64,000 bases of DNA from Deltaproteobacteria bacterium (GTDB taxonomy: Bacteria; Desulfobacterota; GWC2-55-46). The notes under the pieces were generated by a model. That model was not told the origin of the DNA. It saw only the letters and a program-made list of their open reading frames with translations, and did not search any database. The translations under genes were made by a program, and so were the position numbers. The stretch spans positions 1,110-65,109 of the forward strand of contig JACPGB010000017.1 in assembly GCA_016182655.1 (NCBI GenBank). The letters are read 5' to 3'. Shown piece after piece: positions 1 to 9,850 of the stretch (positions are counted from its first letter, which is position 1; every line of letters starts with the position of its first letter).

Positions 1-740
1 GCGATGCACCCCGATGTGCCTGTTGAGAGGGCCGATGAAGGTCCAGTGAGCCTCAATATGTGCGGGGCGCACCTCGCTCGCGCCGCGACACCGCCTTCAT
101 TGGAGAGCTCCACGATCTCTTTGAGAGCCTCTTCGTATTCGGCGGGGGTTATATCGCTCATCTTCTCCCCCCTGCCCGTGCAGACGAGGAAGAAGAAGTT
201 CACCCCCCGCGCGCCGGTCTCCCCCGCGAACGATGCGAGTCTGCGGAGCCTCCCCCGGTTCTCCTTCGTCACGGTCGCGTGGATCTGAAAGTCTATCCTC
301 TCGTCCTTAAGATATTGAAGCCCCTCTACCGTCTTTTGCCACGCATCTTTCACGCCGCGAAAGCTGTCATGAAATGACGGCTCTATCGAATCGACGCTTA
401 CGCCCGCGCCCTTTATGCCGCTTTCACGGATGCGCCGCGCGGCTTCTCTGTCTATGAGCGTCCCGTTCGTGCCGAGCACGACGGTCAGACCTTTTGAATT
501 TGCGTATGAGGCGACATCATATATGTCAGGCCGGAGGAGCGGCTCGCCGCCGGTAAGTATCAGCATCGCGTCCGGCGCGTCGATTGCTATCTTGTCAAGA
601 AATACCAAGGCCTCTGCGGTCGAAATGTCGTCCTTGCCCGCAAGCTCCACTGCGTCGAGATAGCAGTGGGCGCACTTGAGGTTGCACCTCTTCGTGATGT
701 TCCAGGATATGAGAAAGGGCCTTACGGAAGCCTCAGTCAT
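1..740 (-). CDS. Radical SAM protein, NirJ/AhbC-AhbD-like (3' end outside window)
   Basis: Manual translation from ATG at 740: MTEASVRPFLISWNITKRCNLKCAHCY with CxxxCxxC, followed by LILTGGEPLL; open to the window edge. Confidence 0.85.
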   Translation of the reverse strand, partial: MTEASVRPFLISWNITKRCNLKCAHCYLDAVELAGKDDISTAEALVFLDKIAIDAPDAMLILTGGEPLLRPDIYDVASYANSKGLTVVLGTNGTLIDREAARRIRESGIKGAGVSVDSIEPSFHDSFRGVKDAWQKTVEGLQYLKDERIDFQIHATVTKENRGRLRRLASFAGETGARGVNFFFLVCTGRGEKMSDITPAEYEEALKEIVELSNEGGVAARARCAPHILRLTGPSSALSTGTSGCI

Positions 741-1914
741 TCCCCATCCGCTCCCTTACCTTGCGCATGTATTGCGGGGTTATTGTCTCCACGCCGTCTT
801 TCCGCGCCGCGTCCTCTGCCATCTTCCTTACCATCTGCCGGATGAAAGAGGGGATGGACGAGAGCAATTTCTCTGCCTCGGCGTCCCACTCCACGCCGGA
901 CGCGGCTGTTTGAGGCAATGCCGCCTCTTTTGATGTGATAAGTATGTTGCAGGGCGCTTCGCGGAGGCAGTTCTCTGCAACCGACCCTATATCGAGCGAA
1001 GGGACCGCGTGCGCGCCGGTACGACCGAGTGCGAGGATAAAAGGCCTCTCAGCATTGCAATGCCTGATTATCTCCGCTGATGCCTTGCCTGAAAGGAGGG
1101 TCGTCTTAAGGGTTATCCCCGCGTCCCCGGCCATCTTCACGGCGCTCTCAAGGTGGCTGGCGTAGATCCTGGCGAGCCCCGAGTCTATTATCTCGTCGTG
1201 GAGCTTTTCCTGCTCTTTGAAGCGGAAGAGCCGCCCCGCCTCATCGGATAACACCCCGGCTATGGAGCGGAACGCGGTCCTGTGGAAGTCGGGGTCGAAC
1301 GCGCTTACGGCCTCGACACCTGTATTGAAAAATTTTGAGAGACAGATAGCCGCGTTCATTGCACCGAATGACGCGGGGCTTCCGTCTATCGCAACGGCGA
1401 TATCACCCGAAGGCCCTGAGTAAGACGCATCCTTCATTATAAGAAGGTCGCACTTTATGCGCCTCGCGACGCGTTCGACGACTGACCCTATCCTTGAGAA
1501 CTCCGTCTTTCCGAGCCCGTGCGCGCCCATGACGACGAGGTCGTAGGCGTTCTCTTCCGCCTCTTTGACTATCTCTTCGAAGTTTTTGCCTTCCCTGCTA
1601 ATACATAAGGCCTTCAGCCCTGTGCCTTCTGCCCTTGCGAGGAACGGCGCGATGTAGGAGTCAGAGATTATCCTGAGCCCCTTTTCAATGAGCCCCTCGT
1701 GTATCTCCCTCTGCTCCTTAAGCTTCTCTTCTGCCCTGTATTCGGCTGGTAGCCCGCCCTCCATTTCCTTGAACCGCTCGCTGTGGAGCCGGGCCGCGTA
1801 GACATGACAGCCGGCGACGGTCGCGCGCGAGGCCTCGGCGATGCGTAAGCCCGCCTCAACGCCTGAGTTGGCATAGTCCGAATTGTCAAGGCAGAAGAGT
1901 ATCTTTCTATACAT
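733..1914 (-). CDS. Tandem universal stress protein (two USP domains) with C-terminal PCP_red-like helical domain
   Basis: YRKILFCLDNS and IAVAIDGS starts, DLVVMGAHG..IGSV and LGRTG..IGSVAE USP motifs; C-terminus WDAEAEKLLSSIPSFIRQMVRKMAE. Confidence 0.85.
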   Translation of the reverse strand: MYRKILFCLDNSDYANSGVEAGLRIAEASRATVAGCHVYAARLHSERFKEMEGGLPAEYRAEEKLKEQREIHEGLIEKGLRIISDSYIAPFLARAEGTGLKALCISREGKNFEEIVKEAEENAYDLVVMGAHGLGKTEFSRIGSVVERVARRIKCDLLIMKDASYSGPSGDIAVAIDGSPASFGAMNAAICLSKFFNTGVEAVSAFDPDFHRTAFRSIAGVLSDEAGRLFRFKEQEKLHDEIIDSGLARIYASHLESAVKMAGDAGITLKTTLLSGKASAEIIRHCNAERPFILALGRTGAHAVPSLDIGSVAENCLREAPCNILITSKEAALPQTAASGVEWDAEAEKLLSSIPSFIRQMVRKMAEDAARKDGVETITPQYMRKVRERMGND

Positions 1915-2032
1915 AGGGCGCTATATTATCACAACTCCCGCAAACAAAAAAAGCGGGAGCGGCCCCGCTTTTCCAACCCCCTTGCCCGTCAATTTTCTAC
2001 CCTTAACAAGGGGAGGCCGGGTGGGGTCTATT

Positions 2033-3289
2033 TCAAAACAGCTTTATCTGCCCCGGCGTCGCCGGCATCGGCACATTTGCCTTGCCGAATATATTTATCT
2101 TCCCGAATTCTCCATCAAACCCCGGGGTTATGCCGATGTCCCCGCTACGGACCTTTGCGACGGCGAGCGCGACCTTTTCTCCGGCGAGCCGCGCGATGTC
2201 CGCGACATTCATGTCGAGCAGTATCGCGAACTCGCTTCCCGCCTCGGCGACCAATCTCCTGTACTCCTTCTGCACCTTTTTGGATGCCGGGCCGACCTCG
2301 AATGCCTCGGATAATATCTCTTCGAGCGGCACCATCGCCCGCGAGGGTATCGCATTCGGCGGAGCGTACCCCGCGGGCCTGTCAGAGAGCTCCGCTACCC
2401 TGGACAAGACGCCGATGGTGAGCCCCTTTCCGCAGACCGGGCAGATTTTGTCCGCCGCCTTCGACTCCTGCGGCGAATACAATACCCCGCACTCCCTGTG
2501 GCCGTCGTAGTGGTACTTCCCCTCTTCGGGGTAGAACTCGACGGTATAGAGGAACCGCTTCGCGTCCTTTGTCCTGATTATCCCGGTTATCTCGTTGTAC
2601 GATAGCGCGCAGTCGAAGACGTTGGCCTCCCGCCCGAGTTTCGACGGAGAGTGCGCGTCAGAGTTCGATATGAGCGTGATGTCGTCGAGCGCGGATAACC
2701 TCCAGTTCATCTCAGGGTTAGAGGACAGCCCGGTCTCTATCGCCCTGATATGCTCTGCGAGGGCCCCGAAGCACTCGTCAATGGAATCAAACCCTGACTT
2801 CGACCCGAATATCGAGAACCACGGCGTCCACGCGTGCGCGGGTATGAGCATGGCGTCAGGAGAGGCGTCGAGGACGATCTTTAAGAGGTCTTGCGAGGAA
2901 AAACCGAAGATGGGCCTGCCGTCGGATTTTATGTTCCCGAGCCTTCCGAATGCCTCGTTCATCTTCCGGACGGCTTCTATCGACGGCGCAAGGAGGAGGG
3001 AGTGCATCTTCCTTACCCTCCCTCCCTGCGAAAAAATATTGCTCACCTCCGCGGTCAGGATGAAGCGCGGCCCATCGCCTTTGTCCTTCTTAAGCGTAAA
3101 AAGCCCGTCCTCGGCTGGCTCAAGCAATTCTTCAATGGATGCGAAGTGCGCCGGGTGGGTGAAGTCCCCGGTGCCGACGACGTCTATCCCTTTTATCCGG
3201 GCCCACTCGGCGATTACTGGGAGCGTCATGTCCCTGCTCGTCGCCCGCGAGTACTTGCTGTGTATGTGGAGGTCGGCTATGACGCGCAC
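2033..3289 (-). CDS. Endonuclease Q family protein (PHP domain + Zn ribbon)
   Basis: DLHIHSKYS, GTGDFTHP, PAHAWTPWFS, SNSDAHS, GKYHYDGHRECG, CPVCGK motifs. Confidence 0.9.
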   Translation of the reverse strand: MRVIADLHIHSKYSRATSRDMTLPVIAEWARIKGIDVVGTGDFTHPAHFASIEELLEPAEDGLFTLKKDKGDGPRFILTAEVSNIFSQGGRVRKMHSLLLAPSIEAVRKMNEAFGRLGNIKSDGRPIFGFSSQDLLKIVLDASPDAMLIPAHAWTPWFSIFGSKSGFDSIDECFGALAEHIRAIETGLSSNPEMNWRLSALDDITLISNSDAHSPSKLGREANVFDCALSYNEITGIIRTKDAKRFLYTVEFYPEEGKYHYDGHRECGVLYSPQESKAADKICPVCGKGLTIGVLSRVAELSDRPAGYAPPNAIPSRAMVPLEEILSEAFEVGPASKKVQKEYRRLVAEAGSEFAILLDMNVADIARLAGEKVALAVAKVRSGDIGITPGFDGEFGKINIFGKANVPMPATPGQIKLF

Positions 3290-4060
3290 TTACAATCCCA
3301 TTATATTGAAGCCGGAGTCCACATATATAGTCTCTCCGGTCACTCCGCTCGATAATTCGCTCAGGAGGTAGAGCGCGGTCTTCGCGACATCCTCCTGCGT
3401 GACGTTCCGGCGTAGCGGCGACTTGGCCTCCACGACGTCCAGTATCTGCTTGAACCCGGTGATGCCCATGGCCGCGAGCGTCCTTACAGGCCCGGCGGAT
3501 ATGGTATTTATCCTAATACCCTTGGGGCCGAGATCCGCGGAGAGGTACTTGACGCTTGCCTCAAGCGCCGCCTTCGCGACTCCCATCACATTGTAATTCG
3601 CTATGACCTTCTCGGCCCCGTAGTAGCTCAAGGTCACAAAAGCCCCGTTCCTGCCTTCCATCAGGGGCGAGGCCGCTTTCGCGAGCGCGACGAGAGAAAA
3701 GGCGCTCACGTCCATCGCTATCCTGAAGCCTTCCCGCGAGGTGTTCATGAACTCGCCCTTCAACTCCTCCTTCTTTGCAAAGGCGAGCGAGTGGACGAGC
3801 GCGTCGAGCCCGCCCCACTCCTCTCTTATCCTCTTGAATACCGCCTCTATCTCCTCGTCTTTCGTAACGTCGCAGGGCATGATGATCTTGGAGCCGACGG
3901 ACTCGGCGAGCGGCACTACCCTGGATTCGAGCGCCTCACCCGCGTATGTGAAGGCGAGCTCCATCCCCTCTTTCCTGAGTATCTGGGCTATGGCCCAGGC
4001 TATCGACTTTTCATTTGCGACCCCGAATATCACACCTTTTCTGCCGTTCAAGAGCCCCAT
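3290..4060 (-). CDS. fabI: Enoyl-ACP reductase FabI
   Basis: GVANEKSIAWAIA, YNVMGVAKAALE, ISAGPVRTLA. Confidence 0.97.
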   Translation of the reverse strand: MGLLNGRKGVIFGVANEKSIAWAIAQILRKEGMELAFTYAGEALESRVVPLAESVGSKIIMPCDVTKDEEIEAVFKRIREEWGGLDALVHSLAFAKKEELKGEFMNTSREGFRIAMDVSAFSLVALAKAASPLMEGRNGAFVTLSYYGAEKVIANYNVMGVAKAALEASVKYLSADLGPKGIRINTISAGPVRTLAAMGITGFKQILDVVEAKSPLRRNVTQEDVAKTALYLLSELSSGVTGETIYVDSGFNIMGL

Positions 4061-4198
4061 CGGAACCTCCCTTTAGAACATCATTTTCTTCCATGTTCCC
4101 ATTTCTCTATCATTTATAGCCGTGCAATTCAACAGCTGATTTCCCGAGCTCTTGCCAGAGCCCCCCTTTTCTGATAAATTTAAAAGGTGCGTCCATAA

Positions 4199-4756
4199 GT
4201 GTCTGAAAAAGTTGCAAAAGAGGCATCGACGAGCGAAAAACGGGGTAGCCCGACGCGGAGGTTTTCAATGACATTCGAGCATATGGAAGAGAAAGAGGCC
4301 GTAAAGAGGGCGGCGCTTATAGAGGTGAACGGTTACAGGTTCTACCACCTCCTTGCGGAGCGCACCGAGAGCGGCAGGGCAAAGACGGTATTCAAGAAGC
4401 TCGCCGAGGACGAAAAGAAGCACCTGAAGGTGATAGAGAACAAATACTTTCCCGGGGCCGGGTTCGGCGACCAGGTGACCGACGAGGAGCTCGTCATAGA
4501 GGACTACATAGACAGCATGGGCGCGGCCGACATATTCACGAAGCGGATAAACGTCGAAGACCTTCTCCGCATCGTAGACACCACAAAGAAGGCGCTCATC
4601 GTCGCGCTCGACACGGAGCGCCATTCGGTCAGGTACTTCGAGGACCTCTCGAAGAGGTCGAAGACCGCCGAGGGCAGGTCCATGTACAATGCGCTCGCCG
4701 ACGAGGAGAGGGCCCATGTGAGCGAGATAGAAGGCCTCCTCACGCTGGAGGCGTAA
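4199..4756 (+). CDS. Ferritin-like/rubrerythrin family protein
   Basis: Two E..FY...LA.(D/E)E..H diiron half-motifs (LAEDEKKH, LADEERAH); start uncertain. Confidence 0.8.
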   Translation: MSEKVAKEASTSEKRGSPTRRFSMTFEHMEEKEAVKRAALIEVNGYRFYHLLAERTESGRAKTVFKKLAEDEKKHLKVIENKYFPGAGFGDQVTDEELVIEDYIDSMGAADIFTKRINVEDLLRIVDTTKKALIVALDTERHSVRYFEDLSKRSKTAEGRSMYNALADEERAHVSEIEGLLTLEA

Positions 4757-4763
4757 CCAAAAG

Positions 4764-5765
4764 ATGCCAGAGCTAAGGCTTAACCTCGTCACAAGGGAAT
4801 GGGTCATCATAGCGACCGAGCGCGCAAAGAGGCCGATGGACTTCAAGAACTCGGTCGATAAAAGGATAATCCCCGAGTTCCTGAAGACCTGCCCATTCTG
4901 CCCCGGCAACGAATCAAAGACACCGACCGAGCGTTCCCGCCTCCCGCTCGAAGGCCCCTGGAGGGTAAGGGCCGTCGACAACAAATACCCGGCGCTCGGC
5001 AAGGGAGAAAAGAAGCTCTCGGCAGACGGGTTCAGGCGTTCTATATCAGGCGTCGGCATACACGAGGTGATAGTAGAGAGCCCCATCCACAACCAGACGA
5101 CCGCGCTAATGGACCTCGCCGACATAGAGGACATATTCCTGACCTACAGGGAGCGGTTCATAGCGGCCCACAACGACCCCCGGGTCGAGCACACCATACT
5201 TTTCAAGAACCACGGCGAGGACGCCGGCGTCACAATCGAACACACGCACTCGCAACTTGTGGCCGTCCCGGTAGTCCCAATACAGATAAGGGACCGGGTG
5301 CAGGCGGCCTTGCATTTTTTTGACGATACCGGGGAGTGCATGCTCTGCGCGATGATAAAGAGGGAGCGCGAGGAGAAGGTGCGGGTCGTGATAGAGACAG
5401 ACCGCTTCCTGACGTTCGTCCCCTACGCCGCGCTCTCGCCCTTCCACACATGGATATTCCCGAAGAGGCACTCGGCGGCATTCTCCACGATAACGGACGA
5501 AGAGGTAAAGGAGATAGCCTTTCACCTGAAGGCCCTCCTGTCGAAGTTCTACTTCGGGTTGGAGGACCCGGCCTACAACTATGTAATAAGGTCGGGCCGC
5601 CCGCAGGACGCCGATAACGAATACTGCCACTGGTACTTGTCAATTGTCCCCCGCCTCACCAAGGCCGCGGGCTTCGAGCTCGGTAGCGGCATGTTCATCA
5701 ACACCGTCGTGCCGGAGAAGAGCGCGGAGTTTCTGAGGTCCGTCCGCGTGGAGAGCGCGCGCTGA
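4764..5765 (+). CDS. galT: Galactose-1-phosphate uridylyltransferase
   Basis: [27 protein letters not shown] catalytic motif, GFELGSG. Confidence 0.93.
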   Translation: MPELRLNLVTREWVIIATERAKRPMDFKNSVDKRIIPEFLKTCPFCPGNESKTPTERSRLPLEGPWRVRAVDNKYPALGKGEKKLSADGFRRSISGVGIHEVIVESPIHNQTTALMDLADIEDIFLTYRERFIAAHNDPRVEHTILFKNHGEDAGVTIEHTHSQLVAVPVVPIQIRDRVQAALHFFDDTGECMLCAMIKREREEKVRVVIETDRFLTFVPYAALSPFHTWIFPKRHSAAFSTITDEEVKEIAFHLKALLSKFYFGLEDPAYNYVIRSGRPQDADNEYCHWYLSIVPRLTKAAGFELGSGMFINTVVPEKSAEFLRSVRVESAR

Positions 5766-6190
5766 TGGGGGTCCACAGGAACCCGCTCCCGACCGTCGAT
5801 ATCATAATCGAGCTCAAGGGCGGGATAGTCCTTATAAAGAGGAAGAACCCTCCCCCGGGATGGGCCATCCCCGGAGGGTTCGTCGACGCGGGAGAGTCCC
5901 TTGAAGACGCGGCGAGAAGAGAGGCGCTTGAGGAGACCTCTTTGAGGGTGCGCCTCAAGTGCCAGTTGCACGCCTACTCGGACCCGAAGAGGGACCCGCG
6001 CTTCCATACCGTATCAGTCGTATTCGTCGCCGAGGCAGAAGGAACCCCGCGAGCGCAAGACGACGCAAAGAACGTAGCCGTATTCTCCGAGTCTGATATC
6101 CCCAAAAACCTCGCCTTCGACCACGCCAAAATACTCACTGATTACTTCAGATGGAAAAGGGAAGGGTTTGGGGTGTTTGAGATTGGGTAG
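5765..6190 (+). CDS. Nudix hydrolase
   Basis: Nudix box [22 protein letters not shown]; RDPR; LAFDH. Confidence 0.93.
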   Translation: MGVHRNPLPTVDIIIELKGGIVLIKRKNPPPGWAIPGGFVDAGESLEDAARREALEETSLRVRLKCQLHAYSDPKRDPRFHTVSVVFVAEAEGTPRAQDDAKNVAVFSESDIPKNLAFDHAKILTDYFRWKREGFGVFEIG

Positions 6191-6192
6191 CT

Positions 6193-6220
6193 GCGGGTTC
6201 AGGTTGTAACCTGAACCCGC
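6193..6220. repeat. REP-like palindrome, family A
   Basis: GCGGGTTCAGGTT-GT-AACCTGAACCCGC perfect 13-bp stem; related copies at 7006-7275 (interrupted) and 7876-7902. Confidence 0.85.
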
Positions 6221-6229
6221 AAAGGTTAT

Positions 6230-6874
6230 ATGGCCATCAAATATCTGAAGATCATTGGATTAGTGCTCGCAGGTTTTTTTCTGGGAGTGTGGGTTTGCTC
6301 TTATTTGGTACCTGACATTGGGGGAGAGCGTGATAAAGCGGCGCGCCTTGTTATGGAAGACGCATCTGTCTGGTTTATAGAAAAGGGTCTCTCGGAATAT
6401 TATGATGGGAAAAGCTTGAAAAAGATCGCAGAGCGATTGGAAAAGAATGGGGCGCATTTGTCTACCTCTATTGTGATAGGCCGGAATGATGAGATGGCTG
6501 AGATAGCGCTTGAATATTATTGGGTCGGTGATTGGGTGCGTTGCTATACGCGAAAAGAATCAAAAGGGAAGATATATGAATATTGGGTAATAAAAAGGAG
6601 TGCAAGACGCGATGATGTGAAAAAAGAAATATATTTTCTGGTGGCTGCGGCGGATAGTTTGAACAAAAAGAGGGAGATATTGCATCGCTCGGGAAGATTC
6701 TTTTCAAAGTATCTCTTGCCGGATAGGAGTTACCTGAACTTCCCGGTTGATGATGACCGTCAGATTTATAAGCTTAAACCCTGGAGGAGCTTTCCGGAGG
6801 CGTATGCCAATACGGAGCTGGAGGGGATAGAAGTGCGCTTTGAGAATGGCCGATATATCAGAAGGAAAAGGTGA
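6230..6874 (+). CDS. Hypothetical membrane-anchored protein, AT-richer than flanking genes
   Basis: 214-aa ORF with N-terminal hydrophobic helix; bracketed by REP-like palindromes. Confidence 0.7.
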   Translation: MAIKYLKIIGLVLAGFFLGVWVCSYLVPDIGGERDKAARLVMEDASVWFIEKGLSEYYDGKSLKKIAERLEKNGAHLSTSIVIGRNDEMAEIALEYYWVGDWVRCYTRKESKGKIYEYWVIKRSARRDDVKKEIYFLVAAADSLNKKREILHRSGRFFSKYLLPDRSYLNFPVDDDRQIYKLKPWRSFPEAYANTELEGIEVRFENGRYIRRKR

Positions 6875-6930
6875 TTGATATTCGTTGTGAGAACATTGGT
6901 AGGGGGAGTTAAAAAAAGAGAATACGGATT

Positions 6931-6961
6931 TGTCGGGTTACGCTACGCTAACCCGACCTAC
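6931..6961 (-). repeat. GTAG-type REP element
   Basis: Reverse strand GTAG-GTCGGGTTA-GCGTAGCG-TAACCCGAC: GTAG tetranucleotide plus stem-loop. Confidence 0.8.
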
Positions 6962-7024
6962 AAGAAAAGGTATTCGCAAGCATGTGAAATATGTTTTTGT
7001 TCATCGCGGGTTCAGGTTTGCAAC

Positions 7025-7257
7025 CAGTAGTGTCCGGTAAAAATTGAAAATTTCTTTGAAAATATGGGGCCTTATCTGGCTCTTTTATTAGCCGGACAGC
7101 ATGTAGTAACCCTTAAAATAGCTATAAGAGCCTATTTGCACAAAAGGTTTTTCCGGACAGCATATTTTGCCAAGACCTAACTTCTTGAAAAATAAGCAAT
7201 TTATTTTTCTCGATAAGCCTCTACCGATGAACTTGAAAATTTAACCGGACAGTAGTG
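7025..7257. mobile_element. 233-bp MITE (IS4-like ends) inserted into a REP palindrome
   Basis: Imperfect TIRs CAGTAGTGTCCGGTAAAAATT versus (reverse complement) CACTACTGTCCGGTTAAATTT; 9-bp direct repeat GTTTGCAAC at 7016-7024 and 7258-7266; removal restores the REP. Confidence 0.85.
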
Positions 7258-7341
7258 GTTTGCAACCTGAACCCGAAAGTTCGTAATTCAAAACCAGTAT
7301 GATATTCTAGATTGCAAGTACGACTAAAGAGCGCAAACAAT

Positions 7342-7842
7342 ATGCCTTCAATTAGAATATCAAAAGACGCCGTCTCTGATATTTATTTCCTTACCTTTAC
7401 CGTCAAAAACTGGTATTACATATTCGACAGAAACAACCGCTTTGATATTCTAGCCGATTCAATAAAATATTGCCAAGAGCATAAAGGACTTAAGCTGTAT
7501 GCTTATGTTTTTATGCTCAACCACATCCATCTGGTCGCCTCTGCGCCGGACATGGTCTCCTTTGCAAGGGACTTTAAAAAGTTTACCTCAAAGGCGATCC
7601 GGAAGAATATAATTGCAACGGAGCCGGACGCGCTCGGCCTTTTTGAGGGCGACAATGGGAAATATGAGTTCTGGGCAAAGACGAACATGCCCAAGGCCAT
7701 TGAAAGCGAGCCCTACTTCCTGCAGAAGATCGACTATGTCCACAACAACCCTGTCCGCAAGCAATATGTACAAAGGCCGGAAGATTGGGTATGGTCGTCC
7801 GCAAACCCTGACAGCAGTATAAAGACCGAGCCGCTATTCTGA
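7342..7842 (+). CDS. REP-associated tyrosine transposase (RAYT, Y1 HUH family)
   Basis: YFLTFTV, YAYVFMLNHIHLV (HUH), RDFKKFTS, YVHNNPV, WVWSSA; flanked by REPs. Confidence 0.92.
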   Translation: MPSIRISKDAVSDIYFLTFTVKNWYYIFDRNNRFDILADSIKYCQEHKGLKLYAYVFMLNHIHLVASAPDMVSFARDFKKFTSKAIRKNIIATEPDALGLFEGDNGKYEFWAKTNMPKAIESEPYFLQKIDYVHNNPVRKQYVQRPEDWVWSSANPDSSIKTEPLF

Positions 7843-7875
7843 CAAGGTCGCTGATATGAGGGATTACGAATTATA

Positions 7876-7902
7876 GGGTTCAGGTTACAAACCTGAACCC
7901 GC
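7876..7902. repeat. REP-like palindrome, family A, downstream of RAYT
   Basis: GGGTTCAGGTT-ACA-AACCTGAACCC-GC. Confidence 0.85.
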
Positions 7903-8025
7903 ATGGAGACTGATTTAAATATCATTAGAGTCGTTATATAATCCCCCTCAGTCCCCCTTTAGAAAGGGGGGAAAATTTACATCGGACACTCCCATCAGAG
8001 TAAAAGAGAAAAGGGGGGGAACAAG

Positions 8026-8829
8026 GTGCGTGATATGAAGATAGGTTTTCTACAGACAAGGCCGGTATTCGGGGAAATAAAAAAGAACACCGAGAACGCG
8101 GCGGGTGAAATAGAAAGGCTCGATTGCGACCTCATCGTCCTCCCCGAGCTCTTCTCGACAGGATACCAGTTTCGTAACAAGGCGGAGCTACTGAAACTCT
8201 CCGAGGAGATAGACGGCGGCTACGCCGTGGGGAGGCTCAAGGATATCGCCAAAAAGAAGAATATGCACATCGTAGCCGGGCTCGCGGAAAAGGAGGGGCG
8301 GAGGGCGTACAACTCTTCCGTCCTCATAGGCCCCAAGGGTGTCGTCGGCCTCTACAGGAAGGCGCACCTCTTCTGGGACGAGAGGAAGATCTTCACTCCC
8401 GGCGACAGGCCCCTTTCTGTCCATAAGGCGGGTAGGGCAAGGGTCGGGATGATGATATGCTTCGACTGGGTCTTTCCCGAGGTGGCGAGGACTCTTGCGC
8501 TTCTCGGGGCGGACATAATATGTCAGCCTTCGAACCTCGTGCTCCCGTACTGCCCGGAGGCGATGAAGACCCGGTCCTTGGAGAACAGGGTTTTTTCTAT
8601 CACCGCCAACAGGGTGGGGACAGAGGAGAGGGTGGCCGGCAAGCGTCTTAAGTTCATAGGTTCGAGCCAGATAGTAGCCCCGAACGGGGCCGTCCTTTAC
8701 AGGGCCGGGGGGTGGAGGGTTGAAGCGAGGGTGGTGGAGGTAGACCCGAGGGATGCCCGAAGGAAGAAGATAACCCCGTTGAACGACATTATTAAGGACA
8801 GGAGAGTAGACCTCTTTAAGCTTGGATAG
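8026..8829 (+). CDS. Carbon-nitrogen hydrolase (nitrilase superfamily)
   Basis: LIVLPEL, YRKAHL, MICFDW giving the E-K-C triad. Confidence 0.93.
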   Translation: MRDMKIGFLQTRPVFGEIKKNTENAAGEIERLDCDLIVLPELFSTGYQFRNKAELLKLSEEIDGGYAVGRLKDIAKKKNMHIVAGLAEKEGRRAYNSSVLIGPKGVVGLYRKAHLFWDERKIFTPGDRPLSVHKAGRARVGMMICFDWVFPEVARTLALLGADIICQPSNLVLPYCPEAMKTRSLENRVFSITANRVGTEERVAGKRLKFIGSSQIVAPNGAVLYRAGGWRVEARVVEVDPRDARRKKITPLNDIIKDRRVDLFKLG

Positions 8830-8867
8830 GGTCGTTTTTTGTTGGTAGAAGGGCTGGGTTTTAATGC

Positions 8868-9152
8868 GACCCCTCCCAGCCTCCCCTTGTAAAAAGGGGA
8901 GGAGTTTAAACATCCCCTCCTTAACAAGGAGGGGCTAGGGGAGGTCGTATTTAAGGTCTGGATGGCGGGGCTCGTTAGTCCCTCCTATGGTTTTAATGTT
9001 GATGAAAAGGCAGGGATCAATACGACCCCTCCCAACCTCCCCTTGTTAAGGGGAGGAGTTAACTGGATTCCCGCTTTAAGTCCGCGGGAATGACAAGATT
9101 GGCTTTGAAGGCTTTCACCCTCCCCTCTATCCCCTCCCGTCGAGGGAGGGAG
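8868..9152. repeat. Cluster of short GC-rich palindromic repeats (CCCTCCC..CTCCCCTT..AAGGGGAGG type and GGATTCCCGC..GCGGGAATGAC type)
   Basis: At least five hairpins in the intergenic region; the same families recur at about 7940, 10940, 30950, 33290, 35950, 48280, 52750 and 59180. Confidence 0.75.
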
Positions 9153-9422
9153 GTTTAAAAAGGGCTTTTATCATGAAACCGGCCCCATTGATGCCGGAAC
9201 CGTCTTGGCGTTATCTGCTTATAAAACAAATGGTTACGCCTTGATGTGTCCATCCCGGAGGCACTTCCCGCAGTTTGCTACCCGCAACTGTATACAGTAT
9301 ACATTTTCCCCTTGACAAATCCTTGCGGTTGTTTTATCTTGCCTTCTACCCTGACCGACCTTATCGTAACAATTAGCACTTTTTACAATACTCCGTTGTA
9401 GAAACGACAAAGGGGTCTTACG

Positions 9423-9788
9423 ATGGTGTTTTCTTATCTCCCAGTGCTCGTGATGATCGGCATCGCGACCGTCATGGCCATCGGGGCCCTTTTCATGAGC
9501 TTCGTATTCCGCCCGAGAAACCCCTACAAGGACAAGCTTTCCCCTTGGGAGTGCGGCATGGAGCCCGTGGGTGAGGCCAACAAGGGCCACTTCAGGGTCC
9601 ACTTCTTCGTTATCGCCATACTCTTCATCGTATTCGACGTCGAAACACTCTTCCTTTTTCCATGGGCCGTGATATTCACCGAAAAGGCCCTTTCCTCGTT
9701 TATTTTTGTTGAGATGGTGGTGTTCATCGCGATCCTCGCCGTCGGGCTCATCTACGCCTGGGTAAAGGGCGCGCTCGAGTGGGTTTAG
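9423..9788 (+). CDS. nuoA: NADH-quinone oxidoreductase subunit A
   Basis: KLSPWECG, FIVFDVETLFLFPWA, KGALEW. Confidence 0.96.
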   Translation: MVFSYLPVLVMIGIATVMAIGALFMSFVFRPRNPYKDKLSPWECGMEPVGEANKGHFRVHFFVIAILFIVFDVETLFLFPWAVIFTEKALSSFIFVEMVVFIAILAVGLIYAWVKGALEWV

Positions 9789-9850
9789 CACGGCGTTTTT
9801 GTATTATTTTTAAAAACAACCACAACCTTAATATATAAAGCAAGGCTCTC

